From NCBI GenBank assembly GCA_030704615.1, contig CM060731.1, positions 88,536,001-88,600,000 of the forward strand: DNA of 64,000 nt. The letters run 5' to 3'. How positions within the stretch are numbered: position 1 is the first letter of the stretch; each line of letters opens with the position of its first letter. A program made the translations under genes and the position numbers. Below are positions 51,201 to 64,000 of the stretch, piece by piece. The notes under the pieces are model-generated. The model was given only the letters and a program-made list of their open reading frames with translations. It ran no database searches and was not told the DNA's origin. The DNA comes from Takakia lepidozioides (taxonomy: Eukaryota; Plantae; Bryophyta).

Positions 51201-54200
51201 TCAAAGTAGAACTACAACACCACCACTCTAAAGACTCCATACATTGATTGGTTGGAGTCTCCCCTATGCCTGCTAAGTCATCCGCAAACATAAGGGCTGG
51301 TATGGTGGTATCACCCACCCTTAACCCAAATCCCTCACTTTCCACATCCTCGAGGAGTTGATTGATAAAAACATTGAAGAGCAGAGGGGAGAGAGTACAT
51401 CCTTGAGCTACACCTTGGTCTATGTCAAAGAAGTTGGACTTCTGTCCGTTAACAGTGACACAGCTTTTGGTGTGAGCATACAAGTTGTGGACAACTCTCC
51501 ACATTTTTCCCTTGATCCTACAAGACCAGAGGCGGAACCATAGGCCATCTCTCCACACTGTGTCATAAGCCTTTTTGACATCCAGGAAAAAAACATAAGT
51601 GGGTTTCCCTTCTTTTTTCCTTCCCTGGATAATCTGGCTTAGAGTGAAGATATGATCCACACAGCCCCTGTTTCGCCGAAAGCCAGCTTGGCCTTCGTGG
51701 AAACAAACCTCTAGACTCCAGATCAACCTCGAGACAAGTACTTATAACTCTGCAGAATGTCTTGCCAACAGCATTGAGGAGCGTGATGCCACGGTAGTTC
51801 CCCGGTTCTTCTCTGTCACCCTTCTTGTATAGATTGACAATGACCCCCTGTCGCCAGCGAAAGGGGAACATTTCAGTCTTCCAGATAAGGTTAAAGAGGA
51901 GAACTAGGGCCTCTATCATGGGATCACCACCGTGCTTGATTGGCTCGTTGACAATACCATCAGGTCCACCAGCTTTATATCCATTTAAATGTTCAATTGC
52001 TTCCACAATCTCAGAAGAACTAATGGGAGCGTTATAAGCCATTGAAATATACTCCAGTTCATCAGGGCTGTTGTGAATCATAGGAACAGTTTTTCCGACT
52101 GTGTCCCTCCATTCAGCAGAAGACCCCTCACTGTTAGACCTAGAAGTTCTGCCAAGGATACTGTAGTGATTTTCAAAGGTTTTGACAATGTCAACCGATG
52201 AAGTCACCACTGCACCTTTAGTAGTCTTCAGCGCTTGTACTTGCTGACCGTTTTTAGGCTTGTACAAACGTTGAAGGGCCAACCAGAATTTCTTGTCATT
52301 ACCACCATGGTGGTTTGAGTTTATTTCACTTGTCCCAGTATAATTTCTTCTGAGACCTAACAAGCTGATTGATATCTTTACGGAGCTGGTAGTACCTCGC
52401 CCACAATTCTCTGTTGGTTTTCAAATTGCAGCACTCTTTATAAAGGGCTCGTCTCTCAGCTATCTTGAGTTTGATCTCATTGGTCCACCAATTAACATTT
52501 CTCCCAATGATCTTGTCAGCCACGGAGGAAACGAAACTTTCCCAAGAGTCCACTGCTCTTTCGACTTCATTTCTTGCGTTGTCAGAGCGAGACTGAAGTT
52601 CTTGGAGCGATTGGACAAAATGAGGGAGAGCCTCTTGCAAGGCCTGGACGTACTCAGCCTTGACCTCCTCATTATGGAATTTTTCTATGCGCCACTTCCG
52701 AATCGAACGTTTCACAGATCTCTTGGTGTTGGGAAAACACCTTTTGATCTCAGTCCAAACCAGGAAGTGGTCAGAGGTACCAATATCAGTTCTGTCGATC
52801 AACACATTGGCACACTGGGGAAACAAATTTTTGTCCATTATGATATAGTCCACAATTGAACGTTCCCCAGTTTGGGATTTCTCACGAGTCCACTGCACTT
52901 GGTCACCTGTTGTCCTGTTATTCAAGGTCAAAAGCTGAAGCTCTTCCAGACAGTTAATTAACCGTCTGCCATTAGAATTCAGCTCGTCCTCACCAAAAGG
53001 CCCAATGATATCGTCCTGATGGAGCCCTTTGCCCACCCGGGCATTGAAGTCACCCAATAGCACTACCTGACCTTTGGCAAGGAATGAAGCACAGTCCAGC
53101 TTTACATCTTCGAAGGCTTTGTCTGCGTCAGCACTAAGGGTCCCCTCTGTGGGCATGTAAACACAACCCACAAAGAGGTCCTTCGTACTCATGCCGCCCT
53201 TCAGATTCAGTTTTAGCCAGATACTATGCTCGTACCTCAAACCCTTGTTGATAATTTCACAATTATCAAACAAGAAATCACGGACAAAGAATCCAACCCC
53301 TTTTTGACCGCGTTTGGCAGAGGCTGCCTTGAGAGTACACATCCTACCTGCCCATTTATAACCATTGACATCTCCAACCAGTTTATCCGACGTTTCCCAT
53401 GTTTCTTGCACAGATATGAATATCATTAGTCCGAAGGACTTGTCCCACTTCGAGTTGTTTCCTTTGGTTAGTAAGCCCTGAGAAGTTGAAAGTGGCCAGC
53501 CGCAAGCCAGCCCTTTGCATGTGAATTGTTTGTCGTCTAGGTAGCTTGTGATTGCTCCTGGACGGCGAACCGTTCTGCAAAGGGGGGACAGTTACCCCAT
53601 GTGTAGATTTTGCTCGTCTTGTGTAGACTTTGAGGATTGGTAAACCATTCAGGGTACCAAATCCTTCAGTTACATGACGCTCAGGCTCTGCACACTTAGG
53701 GGCATATTGTCCGTCAGACTGCTTGGGGACAATTACCCCGTGTATAGATTTTGCTCGTCTTGTGTAGACTTTGAGGATTGGTAAACCATTTAGAGTACCA
53801 AATCCTTCAGTTACACGACGTTCAGGCTCTGCACACTTAGGGACAGATTGTCCATCTGACGGCTTGGGGACAATTACCCCGTGTATAGAATTTGTTCGTC
53901 TTGTGTAAACCTTGAGGATTGGTAAACCATTCAGAGTACCAAATCCTTCAGATTCAGGACGTTCAGGTTCTGTACACTTAGGGGCATCTTGTCCTTCTGG
54001 CTGTTTGGATTCAACCTCATCCAGAGCATCAAACCGATTAGAAACTCTCAAGTTGAAGTCCTTGCCCTTGGTTGTCTTCCTAGAGCGCCCCATTGAATCA
54101 CCAATGTCTAAGACCGCTCTCCAGCCAGTCAAGGGACGAACTTCTTTGAGATTGAATTGATGTGGGACTCTATTAGAAGCACTTTTGGACATTGCAACCT

Positions 54201-57200
54201 TCAACGTACCCCTGTTATCAAGTCTCGAGATGGAACCATTAGCCAAGAAATCCAAGCCTAAGCTAGAGCATGTAGTTTTAAAGGACACATCGTCCATCCT
54301 GGGATTCACCCCAAAAACTACACATGAAGCCCTAGATTTGGCATAAGTAACCAATTCCCAGGAATCACCCTGGGGAGTGTTGATGTTGATAGGAGCTAAA
54401 ATATTGATTGATCTCGCAGGCTATAAGTTTAAGCACAGGAACCAACCCGAGCCCAAGTGCCGAGTATGCTATACAGAGCATACGACTGCCCAAATTGGGC
54501 GGAGGGGCTGCCCCCAAGCGGTAGGGGTCCGCTTGTTACCATTCAGAGATCACACTCCAGGGAGTTGCAGGGAATGGCCCGTGTAGGCATATTCTAAAGA
54601 GGGAAAGGCCCCAAGCTTTCCAACTAAATCCAATGCACTACCTTACCTGGAGCAAAGCGCTTCAGGTCGAAACAAACAAGGACACGAGGTCACAAGGCCG
54701 GCATTTAGTCACAGAGACATTAATGTACTCCCGTATCAAGTCCACCCAATGGCAATAGGCTTCCTAGAGGACAGGGAGAGTGGCAACACAACAGAGATCC
54801 AGAAAGAGGCGAATGTACTCATGAGAGCTCCCTGTAGCCTTGTGGCCCTGCCCGCCTCCCCCCAAGGTTTGGATGGATCTGAAAGGAGAAGGGAAGGGGG
54901 TGGAGGGAATGGGAGAAGAATACAATGATCCCACTACAGTAAAAGAACTAGTGGCGAGCCTTCAAAGATGCAGTTGTTTCTGACCTTCCAAATGTCTCAA
55001 GAGAGCTCTTTGCCCATGGAATCAATGTCATGTGACTATCCAACGGAAGGAGGGGAATAACTAACAGCCTCGTCTCAAGCTTCTAGCCGAACATACTGAA
55101 ATGAGCTGCAGTGACAGCCTCTTTGATTCTTTAAAATCAGACATGGGTTCCCTTTCCTGGCTGGCTTTTAGGAATGAGAAAGGCAGCAACAGCAAAGAAA
55201 GAAAATCTCAATAGTGTGGGTGGTGCCATACGTAAATCCTTTGCTTTGAAAGCATTGTTTGAGTGCGCTTGCACTCAGAGTCTCCTCTGGCATTTCTCCT
55301 TCAGGATCTGGCACACTGCCCTCAAGTGTGGTCAATCCAAGCACACACTTTCCACAGATACAACCTTTGATCTCATAACTTGCAGCAGAAATCAACTGAG
55401 GACCCTTACAAGGAGTCAACCCGGCCTAGTTTAACTGGTATCTGAGGTCCATCACACTCCGCCACAGCCACGGCCCCAGCCACGGCAATGAGGTCTGCCC
55501 AGGACACTGCAAAGAGAGCAGACGCCAGCTCATCACATGTATGCCGTCCCTGGCCTCTACAGGTTGGTCCCCAGAGCATCCCACATAAGTAAAGCCAGTC
55601 ATCTACACCACTGCTCTCTAGCAAACCCATCCAAAATATACACCCAGAGGACAGGGCACCACAACACCTACCTGGAACTGTTGGATCCAGCTCATCCTTC
55701 ACTTTCTGCAGCACCTACAGTCATTTGCAGAGTATTCTCCACCTTAAGGCGACTGTCCACAGAAATTTTGTAATAAGAGAAGCGAAACATGTACAGCCCC
55801 TTGAAAAATGAGTACATATTCACAACGACCATTTCACAAAGCACAAATGAATCTCTCCTATGGAGTTGTTCAAAACATTTAGATTGATTTGGTCAGGTTT
55901 GACACTTGCAAAGGTTGCATCACAGAGGTGACACAGTTGCAGTCAATTTACCCTTATGGAGCGTTTTAAGCCCATATTCTCAGGCCTCTCGAGCTCATAG
56001 ACAATAGACCCATTCATGCCCCCTGGTGCCCAAGCCAGTCCAACTTCAGTAAATTTCCATCCAAGTGGCCACAGCAAGATGTCGGACATTCCTACAACAA
56101 AGATATCAAAAGACCAATGCACGCTTTCCATTGTAAAAAGCAAGCGAGCCCCAAGGCAAAATCATACTTCCTTGATTGGGACAGCTTTCCTGCAGGCTGG
56201 TTGGATAAAAGAGGCACCAATCAGAGAAGGAGTAAGTCCTTTGGGAGAAAGATTCTAGCTTTGATCACGGGAAGGCAGTGATCAATTTGCCAGGCAGCAG
56301 TGGCCATCATGGATACTCAATTAAGGAGCATTCTGACCAGTTGTTGGGACTCAATGTTCTGTGATTGTCGGGGACAAATTTAAATGTTGTCCTTAACCCC
56401 TCAATCCAATCATAAAACCTCGCCCAGTGACAACCTGACTTCTTAGCACTGTTGAAAGTGCCGGCATCGTGAAAGGCAAGGCGCAGAATTCCTGCAGCTT
56501 TTGACTTGGATATCACCTTCCTCAGCTCACCACGTATCCTTTCCAATCTCAAAATCTCATCCCTAGTGGTGAGCCACCACACAAGGGGTTGCTAATTAGT
56601 ACACTAGACCAGTTTGTAGTCATTCCTAAAAAGTGATTGAGACAGCAACTTAGTCCACTTTGAGAAGTATCAAACCGAGTTAAGGCGCAAGAGAAACAAG
56701 AACAATACATTGCATTGCTAGGTAGAGTTACTGTGGATGGGAAACCTTCAAAGTAGAACTGAAAATGTATGACAAGTTCATCATGAAACTGCTATGAGCT
56801 CCAAAAAACATCACAACAAGAGGCCAAAGGACTGGAATTGCATGGACTTTGGAACGTCAATAGGAGAGGCCCCAGGAAAAGACACAGAAGAAGCAGGGCA
56901 ATCTTACTTAGGAACAGGAACAGTGTGGAGGCAAGCTTACTCAGCAGCAATCGCTTCAAGTCCTGGCAGTGACTGGGGAAGACCGAAGCCAAGGAAGAAA
57001 GAAACCACGGGCATCATAGCTGCTGTCACCATCGCTCTTCTCCTACCCATGCTTTGCAAGGAGACATTCGATCCTTCATCTGATGAAGTGATTAAGCCAA
57101 CCAGTTACATTGTTTAGGACTTTCCAAAAAATTGAAGGGAAAAAAAAGGTTAGTAGTGCAAGAGTATGGCACTATATGACATTAGTACTTGAGACATATC

Positions 57201-57916
57201 ATCAAGCAGTTCCAAGAGTTAACTGAGAGTTGCTCCCCTATCTGCACTCACCTGACGAATTTCTCAAGAATTCTGACCATCCTTGCAAAGCATGGAGTTG
57301 GGATGAAAAAGGCCCTCCTCCTTTCTAGTGGGCTATATGTATCTCCCGAATGGTTGAGATGTGTAAAGCATGAACCTACCCGGTTTAAGCGCTTAACTAG
57401 AGGGAAAGCTGCCACAGTGTGCAGCCATGACTACAAGCGGAGATGCAAGGATGCTACTGTGTATTCCAACCCGCCCCTGATAACAAAATCGCGCAGCTTC
57501 TACAATGGCATGGCTCTGGAAAATTTTGGCCTATGCCATGGCAGAGACGAAGCCCCACAAATGCTCAACCGGATTTAGACTTAACTACAAGTATGTTCAA
57601 TTCAGGATCCTTCGGAAAGGTTGGATCGACTCATTCCACAAGTCCTGACCAACAACGTGGAATGGGAACAAAAGAGGTCGTATCTTTGACAAGGGACATG
57701 TAAAAGAAACCCATTACTTTAAAGATCTTCGGTACCTTGTTCGGGAGCTGCGCTTGAGCAGGCCAGGTTGATTGGGCAAGACGCACCGGACCCATTTTCT
57801 CCTCCGCAGCGGCACGACCTCCACACAGCATGAGATTGCCAGGTGCGACAGTACAGAGACCTAGACGGGTAAGGAGAGAAGGCCTGACAAGCACCAAAAC
57901 AGCGCAGAGCTGCCAT
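48283..57916 (-). CDS. APX6: Ascorbate peroxidase-related heme peroxidase (APX6/APX-R type), ~10 exons, transit-peptide-like N-terminus
   Basis: Approximate exons 57916-57787, 57079-56941, 56562-56435, 56022-55951, 55714-55672, 55507-55410, 55314-55232, 49306-49185, 48808-48721, 48391-48283. Motifs include KAAGILRLAFHDAGTF, GGMNGSIVYELERPEN, VSWADLIAVAGA, LSGAHTLGNKGFGNP, GLPTDRAL and YAEDQGRFFKDF. Confidence 0.92.
49864..54780 (-). mobile_element. Apparently full-length RTE/RTEX-like LINE (4917 bp; APE + RT + C-terminal zinc finger) in an APX6 intron
   Basis: 15-bp TSD TGGCAACACAACAGA (49849-49863 and 54781-54795). APE motifs ATFN..GL, VQETW, LLGDFNARVG, SIVDYI, SDH. RT motifs YRGITLL, QAGFR, DVKKAYD, GVAQGCTLSPLLF, FADD. 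Several frameshifts and no poly(A). Confidence 0.93.
53584..53990 (-). repeat. 141-bp (47-aa) in-frame tandem repeat, ~3 copies, in the LINE N-terminal ORF
   Basis: Units start at 53584, 53725 and 53866 and encode PKC.EPER...EGFGTLNGLPILKVYTRR..S.HGV.VP. Confidence 0.93.
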
Positions 57917-58619
57917 CGCTCTTCAGCTGAGATTGCCAGTAGCGACTCCTACTACAACGATGCGCAGACACAACTTCGTCGTCAATCAATATCCGGTTGT
58001 ATCATCAATTTTATGCTGATCCCATTGTATCATCACTTTTGTTCATCCATGGTTGCGGACGTGTTGTTGAATTGCAGGTATGGTGGTCAGACTACCACGT
58101 ATGTAGATACTAGATATTAGAACCCCCAAAAATGGAAGTGAGAGCATCCTCCACAGTCGCATCCTTTCGCTTTGTGGGAGGGGATTGTGCAGATTTGGCC
58201 TTGAAGGCAGCATCTCATTCAGATGTTGGAGGTAATGGTATTTTGTGTGAGTGATTGCATTGGAAGTCTCAATCCAAGTCGAGATCTTGCCGCCGCAGCA
58301 AGTGTCGTGTGGTGCATTGAGAGTAATCTCTACTGCATCTCATTAAACTCTCTTCAATCTCGTCTATTTTCTCTTTCAAGTTCGCTCGAATTCATGACGT
58401 TGTACCTTCAAAGTGAGCAAGAATTGCTTCAAGAAGACAAATACTGCTGTATCCAGCGTGGCTGCATCAACCTCTAGGGCACAGACATCTTTGGTGGCTC
58501 CTCCAAGTGAGCCCAGCATTGGTGTAGTGTAAAGAGTAAAGACCTCCCGTTGTTTGTACACTGAATAGGTGAATCAAGAAGGTAGCTCCAGAGATGGATG
58601 AATAAACTAAGTAACTTGA

Positions 58620-59912
58620 CCCTTAAGGCCCATGAGACCCGTTTCGGGTTTTGATGAAGTAGATTTTCTTATGTACTTTTTGCAAATTTTACTATTTTTT
58701 AAATGGTTCCAACTTGCGTTTACATTTCTGACAACATGGTCTACCTTCTCAAAAAAAAAAAACATGGTCTACCTTCTCAGTGCTCACATTTGAAACTAGT
58801 AAATTTTATCGAATTCTCCAACCAGTAGACTTGTTAGAGAACGCATGGTCATGAAAATGGAGCATGCAAGAGGGGCCATGTAGAGTTGACTGTGTCTACG
58901 TGGCCAGACATAATTTGTCCATAGTTGGGTGGTAACCCTTGGATCTAGAATTTGTTTTGATCAGGCTCACTATTGTAGTGCATTCCACAACTTCATGCAA
59001 GAGGATCAAGTAAAACATCTCATTATCAATGGCTCAATTTTTAGAACGCTTTGAATTACCGAGAGTCATTTTGACCCCCCCTCAAACACATACAAAGGAC
59101 CCTAATGAAAACAAACTAGGGTAGCCTATGCCGTTGGCCCAAGTGTCAAGTGTCATCTAAGCCCAAGTGCAATCTCCTATGTATGCAAGTGCCTCTCCTA
59201 TGTGGAGGCCCAAGTGCAACCTCTAGGGTAGCCTCTGCCGTTGCCCAAAGGTCCAATGTCATCTAAGTCCAAATGCATTTTTTTTCCACAGAGCCTACGA
59301 CCAGATTTGAACCGGAGACCTTTCCCTTGATATCTCTCCTGTCGAGGCTCCAACCAAGGTCCCAGGAATGCCCACTTTCCAATTTTTCGTGAATTTCCAG
59401 CGACCCAAAGTACTTGAAATTCCACATCTCCCACACCGCAGGCCCAAAATCATGAGACCAAGCCCGTGCACTCCTCCTCGTCGAGGGCTTTCCAATGGTA
59501 TCAAGCACCAGGGCTGGGGCCTCGCGGTTTGGGACATCTCAACGCTACAAAACAAAACAAAACAAACGTCTCGCTTCATATGTTCTTTGGCTTGAAATTT
59601 TCACAATAGTTGGCTAGGATACCATTTCACATTTTAATGTGGAATTACCCCCCCACTCAAATAGCTTGGTCAAAGCGCAAATTTCATACTTTGTGAAATC
59701 CAAAAACAAAAAAATACCCCTACTAAAACATTAAAATCTCTCTAGTAGTATGGTGAGTTGATGTACGCTGTAGCCAAGGTGAATCTGGTAAGGTTCATTT
59801 TTTTTGGATGTAACGGTAGGTGTGTAGTCTCGCCAGATGTGTAAGTAACTCGCCAGATGTCACTTTTTTGGGGGGGGGTGGGGGATTTTGCCCAATGGCA
59901 GGCTCTTAAGGG
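58620..59912. mobile_element. Possible degenerate CCCTTAA-ended non-autonomous element
   Basis: CCCTTAAGGCC ... GGCTCTTAAGGG. The subterminal CCCGTTTCGGG resembles that of the 34986 MITE. The flanks TTGA and TGAA are each one mismatch from TTAA. Confidence 0.4.
58733..58779 (+). repeat. 19-bp direct repeat flanking a pure A-run
   Basis: AACATGGTCTACCTTCTCA occurs at 58733 and 58761, separated only by A residues. Confidence 0.85.
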
Positions 59913-61976
59913 TGAAGTAATAGAGAAGAGGGGGACAGAGGCCCTCCAACTACATTAATAATGCAAAAGTATAAGGAAGAAGTAACAAGTAACCTTGTGT
60001 GCAGAGGCTGTAGAGACTGGAGACTGATGAAGAGGTCACCGCCTCATGACCAGCTAATCAAAGCGTAGAGATTAATCGAATAGTAGAAAGGACGAAAAGA
60101 AAGAAGAGGGGTACTAGAAGCTGCCTCTCTTCCTCTTATAGGAAAGGTGGGCGTTGATTTTCCTTTTCTAAAACTACGGCGATGCCTCCAATTCACCTTG
60201 GGCAGGTCTCCTTCCGCATAATTTTGGGATTTAAAATTCAGTATAAAGAGCAAAAAAACTCGCTATTTAGCTTGTACAAAATAAAGGGAGATTGATATAT
60301 TGTAATTATTATAGTACTAGTGTGGCCTATGCTGTTGAGCACATAGTCGTTTATATTCCAGGAAAAACCCAGTTTACTATTTTTCATGAATTTCTAGTGA
60401 CAAAAAAGACAAAAAATTCAATATCCACGCTGCCTCGATGCACCCTGGGCTTTCCAGGGGTATCAAGACGCTTGGCAGAGGCTTTGTTGTTTGGGAGATC
60501 TCAACGACAAGATAAAACAAAACAACACAAAACAAACCACCAATCTTAATGTATAGATCTCAACCATACCGCATCTTTTTGTTTTTTTCTGTTTTTTTTT
60601 CATTTTTTCGGAGGCTCTGAAAATCATATCAGAAAGAGGCAAATAGTCGTAGCTGCAGGGTACCCAAAGACAGTAGCTAACATCAAATCAAAAACCAGCT
60701 TGAAGCTTCTGTATAGCGCCTCACCATCAAGTAACAGCAAGCCGTAAGACTTGTGAATTACTATGGACGTCGAGAGCGAGAAGACTCCGGCTGAAGAGCT
60801 CACGGCTGCTACAATGGGCTTCATAATTGTCTGATATGTTAGGCAATCCTCGCCCATATCAGCCATGGGAAAGTACACCCCCCACCACAACTTTGTTAAA
60901 GAGTTTATCAGTGAGGTCACGATGCTTCATGTCTGTAAAATCTGCAGTTTAACACATGCTTACGTACAGCAGTGGCCAGGTTGTGGGCTATTCCCTGCTA
61001 TTTCTATCACCCATGGAGAGGAAGTATTGAGGATATTTTTGCATCAGTCAACTGGAACAGATTCACATCTCTTAATATAATGCAGCTTCCACATGATGTC
61101 TGCCTGAATGCATAATTGGGTTTCCTCTACAACTTGAAAGGAACCTATTGCTCTTAATTCTAGTAATAATGCAGTAATATGCCACAGATGATGTAGCAGA
61201 GAGCACAGAAGTCTCTGCAAAAGACAGTTTCTCTAAGTTTTACAGTGGCTCTGGACAATACCTCCTCTCAACACTGTATCCAGCCAGATTTTCCACCCAC
61301 ATCTACATTAGGCCTATGCACGTGTACACCAAATTTTCAGACCTGATGCGACATAGTTTACAACAAAATACAAAATATGTAACAAAGACATTGATGTGAA
61401 GGCTAACTAAGTTTATCAATACAGTACTTTACAGTGACGTGGGGTTTACTTGAGAAGATAAGAATCGCATTGTGACATTTTTCAAGGCCCCTATAATTTT
61501 GGAGTTCCACAAATATAACAGAGCTGCAGTAAGTGCCCCTGCATGCACCACACCAAGCTCCATGAGCCACGCCCATAATCAATGGACACAACAAAACAGA
61601 TCGAATCCAAGGTGCATGTTTAAAAAGACTGACACACCAGAAAGAAAGGCATTTCCACTAAGTAGCCAACAAAATGAATGGACTTTTGCAAAACAGCGAA
61701 CATATGCACCCTCCAACTTTCAAACAATGACATCACTAATTGACAGTGCCTGAGTCAATAGCTGGACAGCAGGGTGTGCAAATTATCTTCACAGTTGTAC
61801 CACTTGCAAGTTCTTTTGCTCCATTTCAGCTGAGTCTTTAATTTATAAATTGAGTGCTATAATGATGACTGGTGAGGTTAAATATACTCCCAACTCCTGA
61901 TACCTGACCTTCATGGGTGCACCAGCAGGTCAACCTGACTTGCACAAATTTGGGCGAAAGTTTTCATACCTCAGTA

Positions 61977-63967
61977 TTAACTTGAAGGTCTTGAACAGCA
62001 AAGACAACACCATCTCCATCGCTGCTTCTCGGGGTAATGTTTGGCCATTTTAGCAGCCCTGCTGGTACAGCAATGAAACCAGAGAATGAAACCTGAATTC
62101 TGTCATGTAGGCAGAGTAGGTCTACAAAACTTAGCTGACAGTCTCAAGTCTCAACCTTTTTGAACCAGAGGCTGCCAGACTCTCTATGGCAATTGTGCTA
62201 ACTTTCCATTAATTCAGATACCACTCTCTGTACAGTGTTGGCTGATGGTTGCATGACATCTTAGACCAGCAGACAGGGGACCTCTAATTTAGTCATCCTG
62301 TGCCTCAAACACGCAAGAGCAATCTTTAATGTGTGTTTTTGAGACACAGACACTTGTATGCCGCTGCTGAAGTGGAAGGTCCCTGCCTGAGGTTTTTTCC
62401 CTACCAAACAAAGTTTGAATGAATTGGACAGTCCGATCCCTACATTGCAAAATATGTGCATACTACTTTTCTCAAAACAACTTGTGAGATAAGGATGTTC
62501 AAGCAGCTGATAAGAGTTTTCCTTAGAAGTACAGGTCAACAGTAACCCTTATTTTAAGGGAGAACATCACTGCAGGGCATCAACTCTGGCGCTCCATCAG
62601 TCAGCTAGCACCTGGCTGACAGGTGTCTCAGCGTCACTAGCATTTACGAAGTCCGTAGACTATCCTAGTATTACAACTCATAGACATATGACTCAAGATA
62701 AAGGGATGATATACTACTTACACAGGGACGGCGAAGGACGGAGTGCTTGCACTATTGCTCTCAGATAGGCAAGAAACATTTCCAGAGGATGGGCCTGAAT
62801 GGTTGATTGAAGAATGAGGCCAATAGATGGGACCTGAAGCAGCAATTGGTCCTGCAAAGGTATAGAATCATGGTCAGGTTACTCATCCTTGTTATGCAAT
62901 TATCTTGGCAATTAAACTACAACAATTTGAGTGCACATTATACCTTGACTGTCGGGAGAATCTCCAACGCTTCTGGTAGGCCTTGAACCATGGCTGCCTG
63001 ATGAATCACAACTGCTTTTCAAGTCTCCTGGGAAAATTGTAGTGCGTGACTTGACCTGGCCATCAGGTGAATCTGTACTACTTAGCTCTTCTCCTGCTGT
63101 ACTGGCAGGCATGTTGTTCGATTCCAGTAAGCTTGCATTTTTTGCCTCTTCTTTCTCCTCAACCCCTTGAGCTGGAGATGACTTCTTCTCAAAATCCTTA
63201 TTTGGTGGTACACAGGTCTGAGTTTGCAAAGCATCATCACCCACTTGCGCTGACCTTATTTTGACAGGGTCATGAAGACTTTGAGTTTGGCCTCGTAATT
63301 GTTCACATCGCCTCGCAGTGACTTCATTCAAGACGATGGGGTCATCTGATAAGACACCATCATTGTTCAGAAGTGCTTGACCGGGAAGCCGTCGAAGCCT
63401 CTTCATATGAAATGACGGAAGATTGTCTTCATATTTTTCCTCATTTTGAGTTTCTAAAGCAGGAGAGTTGACACAGGACCCATTAGCGTGTGCAGCTGTC
63501 ACACCTTCATCTTGATTACAATAATTCTGTGCTTCGCATTTTTGTTGAACAATCTCACTGTCTTCTTCAGCAGCTCCCACCTGTCGCTCAGAACACAAAG
63601 AGGACAATGATGCTATGTTTCCCCTATTTGTTGCAGCTGTCAAGCCTTTGTCATGTTCACCAATATCCTCTGCACTGCAGTTCCATGATTCATGGACGCT
63701 ACTCTCAAGAGTTTTGTCAACAATCTCTCCGTTTTCGTGAACAGCTCCATTCTCAGGTTCAGTGTGCAAACCTGACGAGGATGCCTCACCTTCTGCATCT
63801 TTGTCAGTCCATAGAGCCTCCCCTGCACCATTTGGACTTTGTGATTGTGCTGTAACACCTTCTGAAGACAGCTGCAGGGGTAGGCAGACCTGGGCTTGGC
63901 CTTCCTCATCATTGCCAGGGAATTGATTGACATCTGCAGCCATCGCTCCTCTGTCATCTTCTCCCAC
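61977..63967 (-). CDS. Acidic disordered protein, probably of the gar2-related/BASL-motif family; 3' exons uncertain
   Basis: A 351-aa Glu/Ser-rich ORF, then an exon at ~62852-62721 reading GPIAASGP...HSGPSSGNVSCLSESNSASTPSFAVPV (cf. SG.ISLRSDS..S..SFAFP), then a candidate last exon KMAK...RWRWCCLCC. Confidence 0.6.
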
Positions 63968-64000
63968 ATTCTTTCTATTGCAATTATGTCCTTCATAGTT

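Noticed and set aside
60624-61753. Short ORFs as an extra gene
   Set aside because: They have no motifs and are more likely 3' UTR or intergenic sequence of the neighbouring gene.

Overview
Eukaryotic, intron-containing, transposon-rich DNA. It is most likely from a non-seed land plant (inferred from a PLS-type PPR remnant, a PYL receptor, APX6 and a chromovirus-type LTR element); the species cannot be named from sequence alone. Host genes are an intronless ABA receptor (PYL, 29559-30131 -), a 10-exon TBL2-like WD40 gene (38944-46968 +), a 10-exon APX6/APX-R peroxidase (48283-57916 -) and a probable gar2-related/BASL-motif gene (~61977-63967 -). Most other sequence is nested transposon material: a rearranged Ty3/Gypsy cluster with four LTRs, two RTE/RTEX-like LINE copies, L1-like and RLE-type LINE fragments, Harbinger remnants and TTAA-flanked piggyBac-like MITEs. 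The most striking region is the first ~12.7 kb. It holds a spliced, now pseudogenised gene of over 1250 codons fusing a ParB/Srx-like domain (WDGNHR) to a beta-class N4C/N6A DNA-methyltransferase-like domain. About 20 copies of a 16-28 bp palindrome (core TT[T/G]CGGCGCCG[A/C]AA) lie in its introns, in its upstream region and next to a SWIM-finger gene. Both gene regions end in the same 21-bp terminus in inverted orientation. This suggests a large DNA transposon family carrying a ParB/parS-like, site-directed modification or anti-silencing module. That functional reading is inference. Splice models and domain calls were made by eye.
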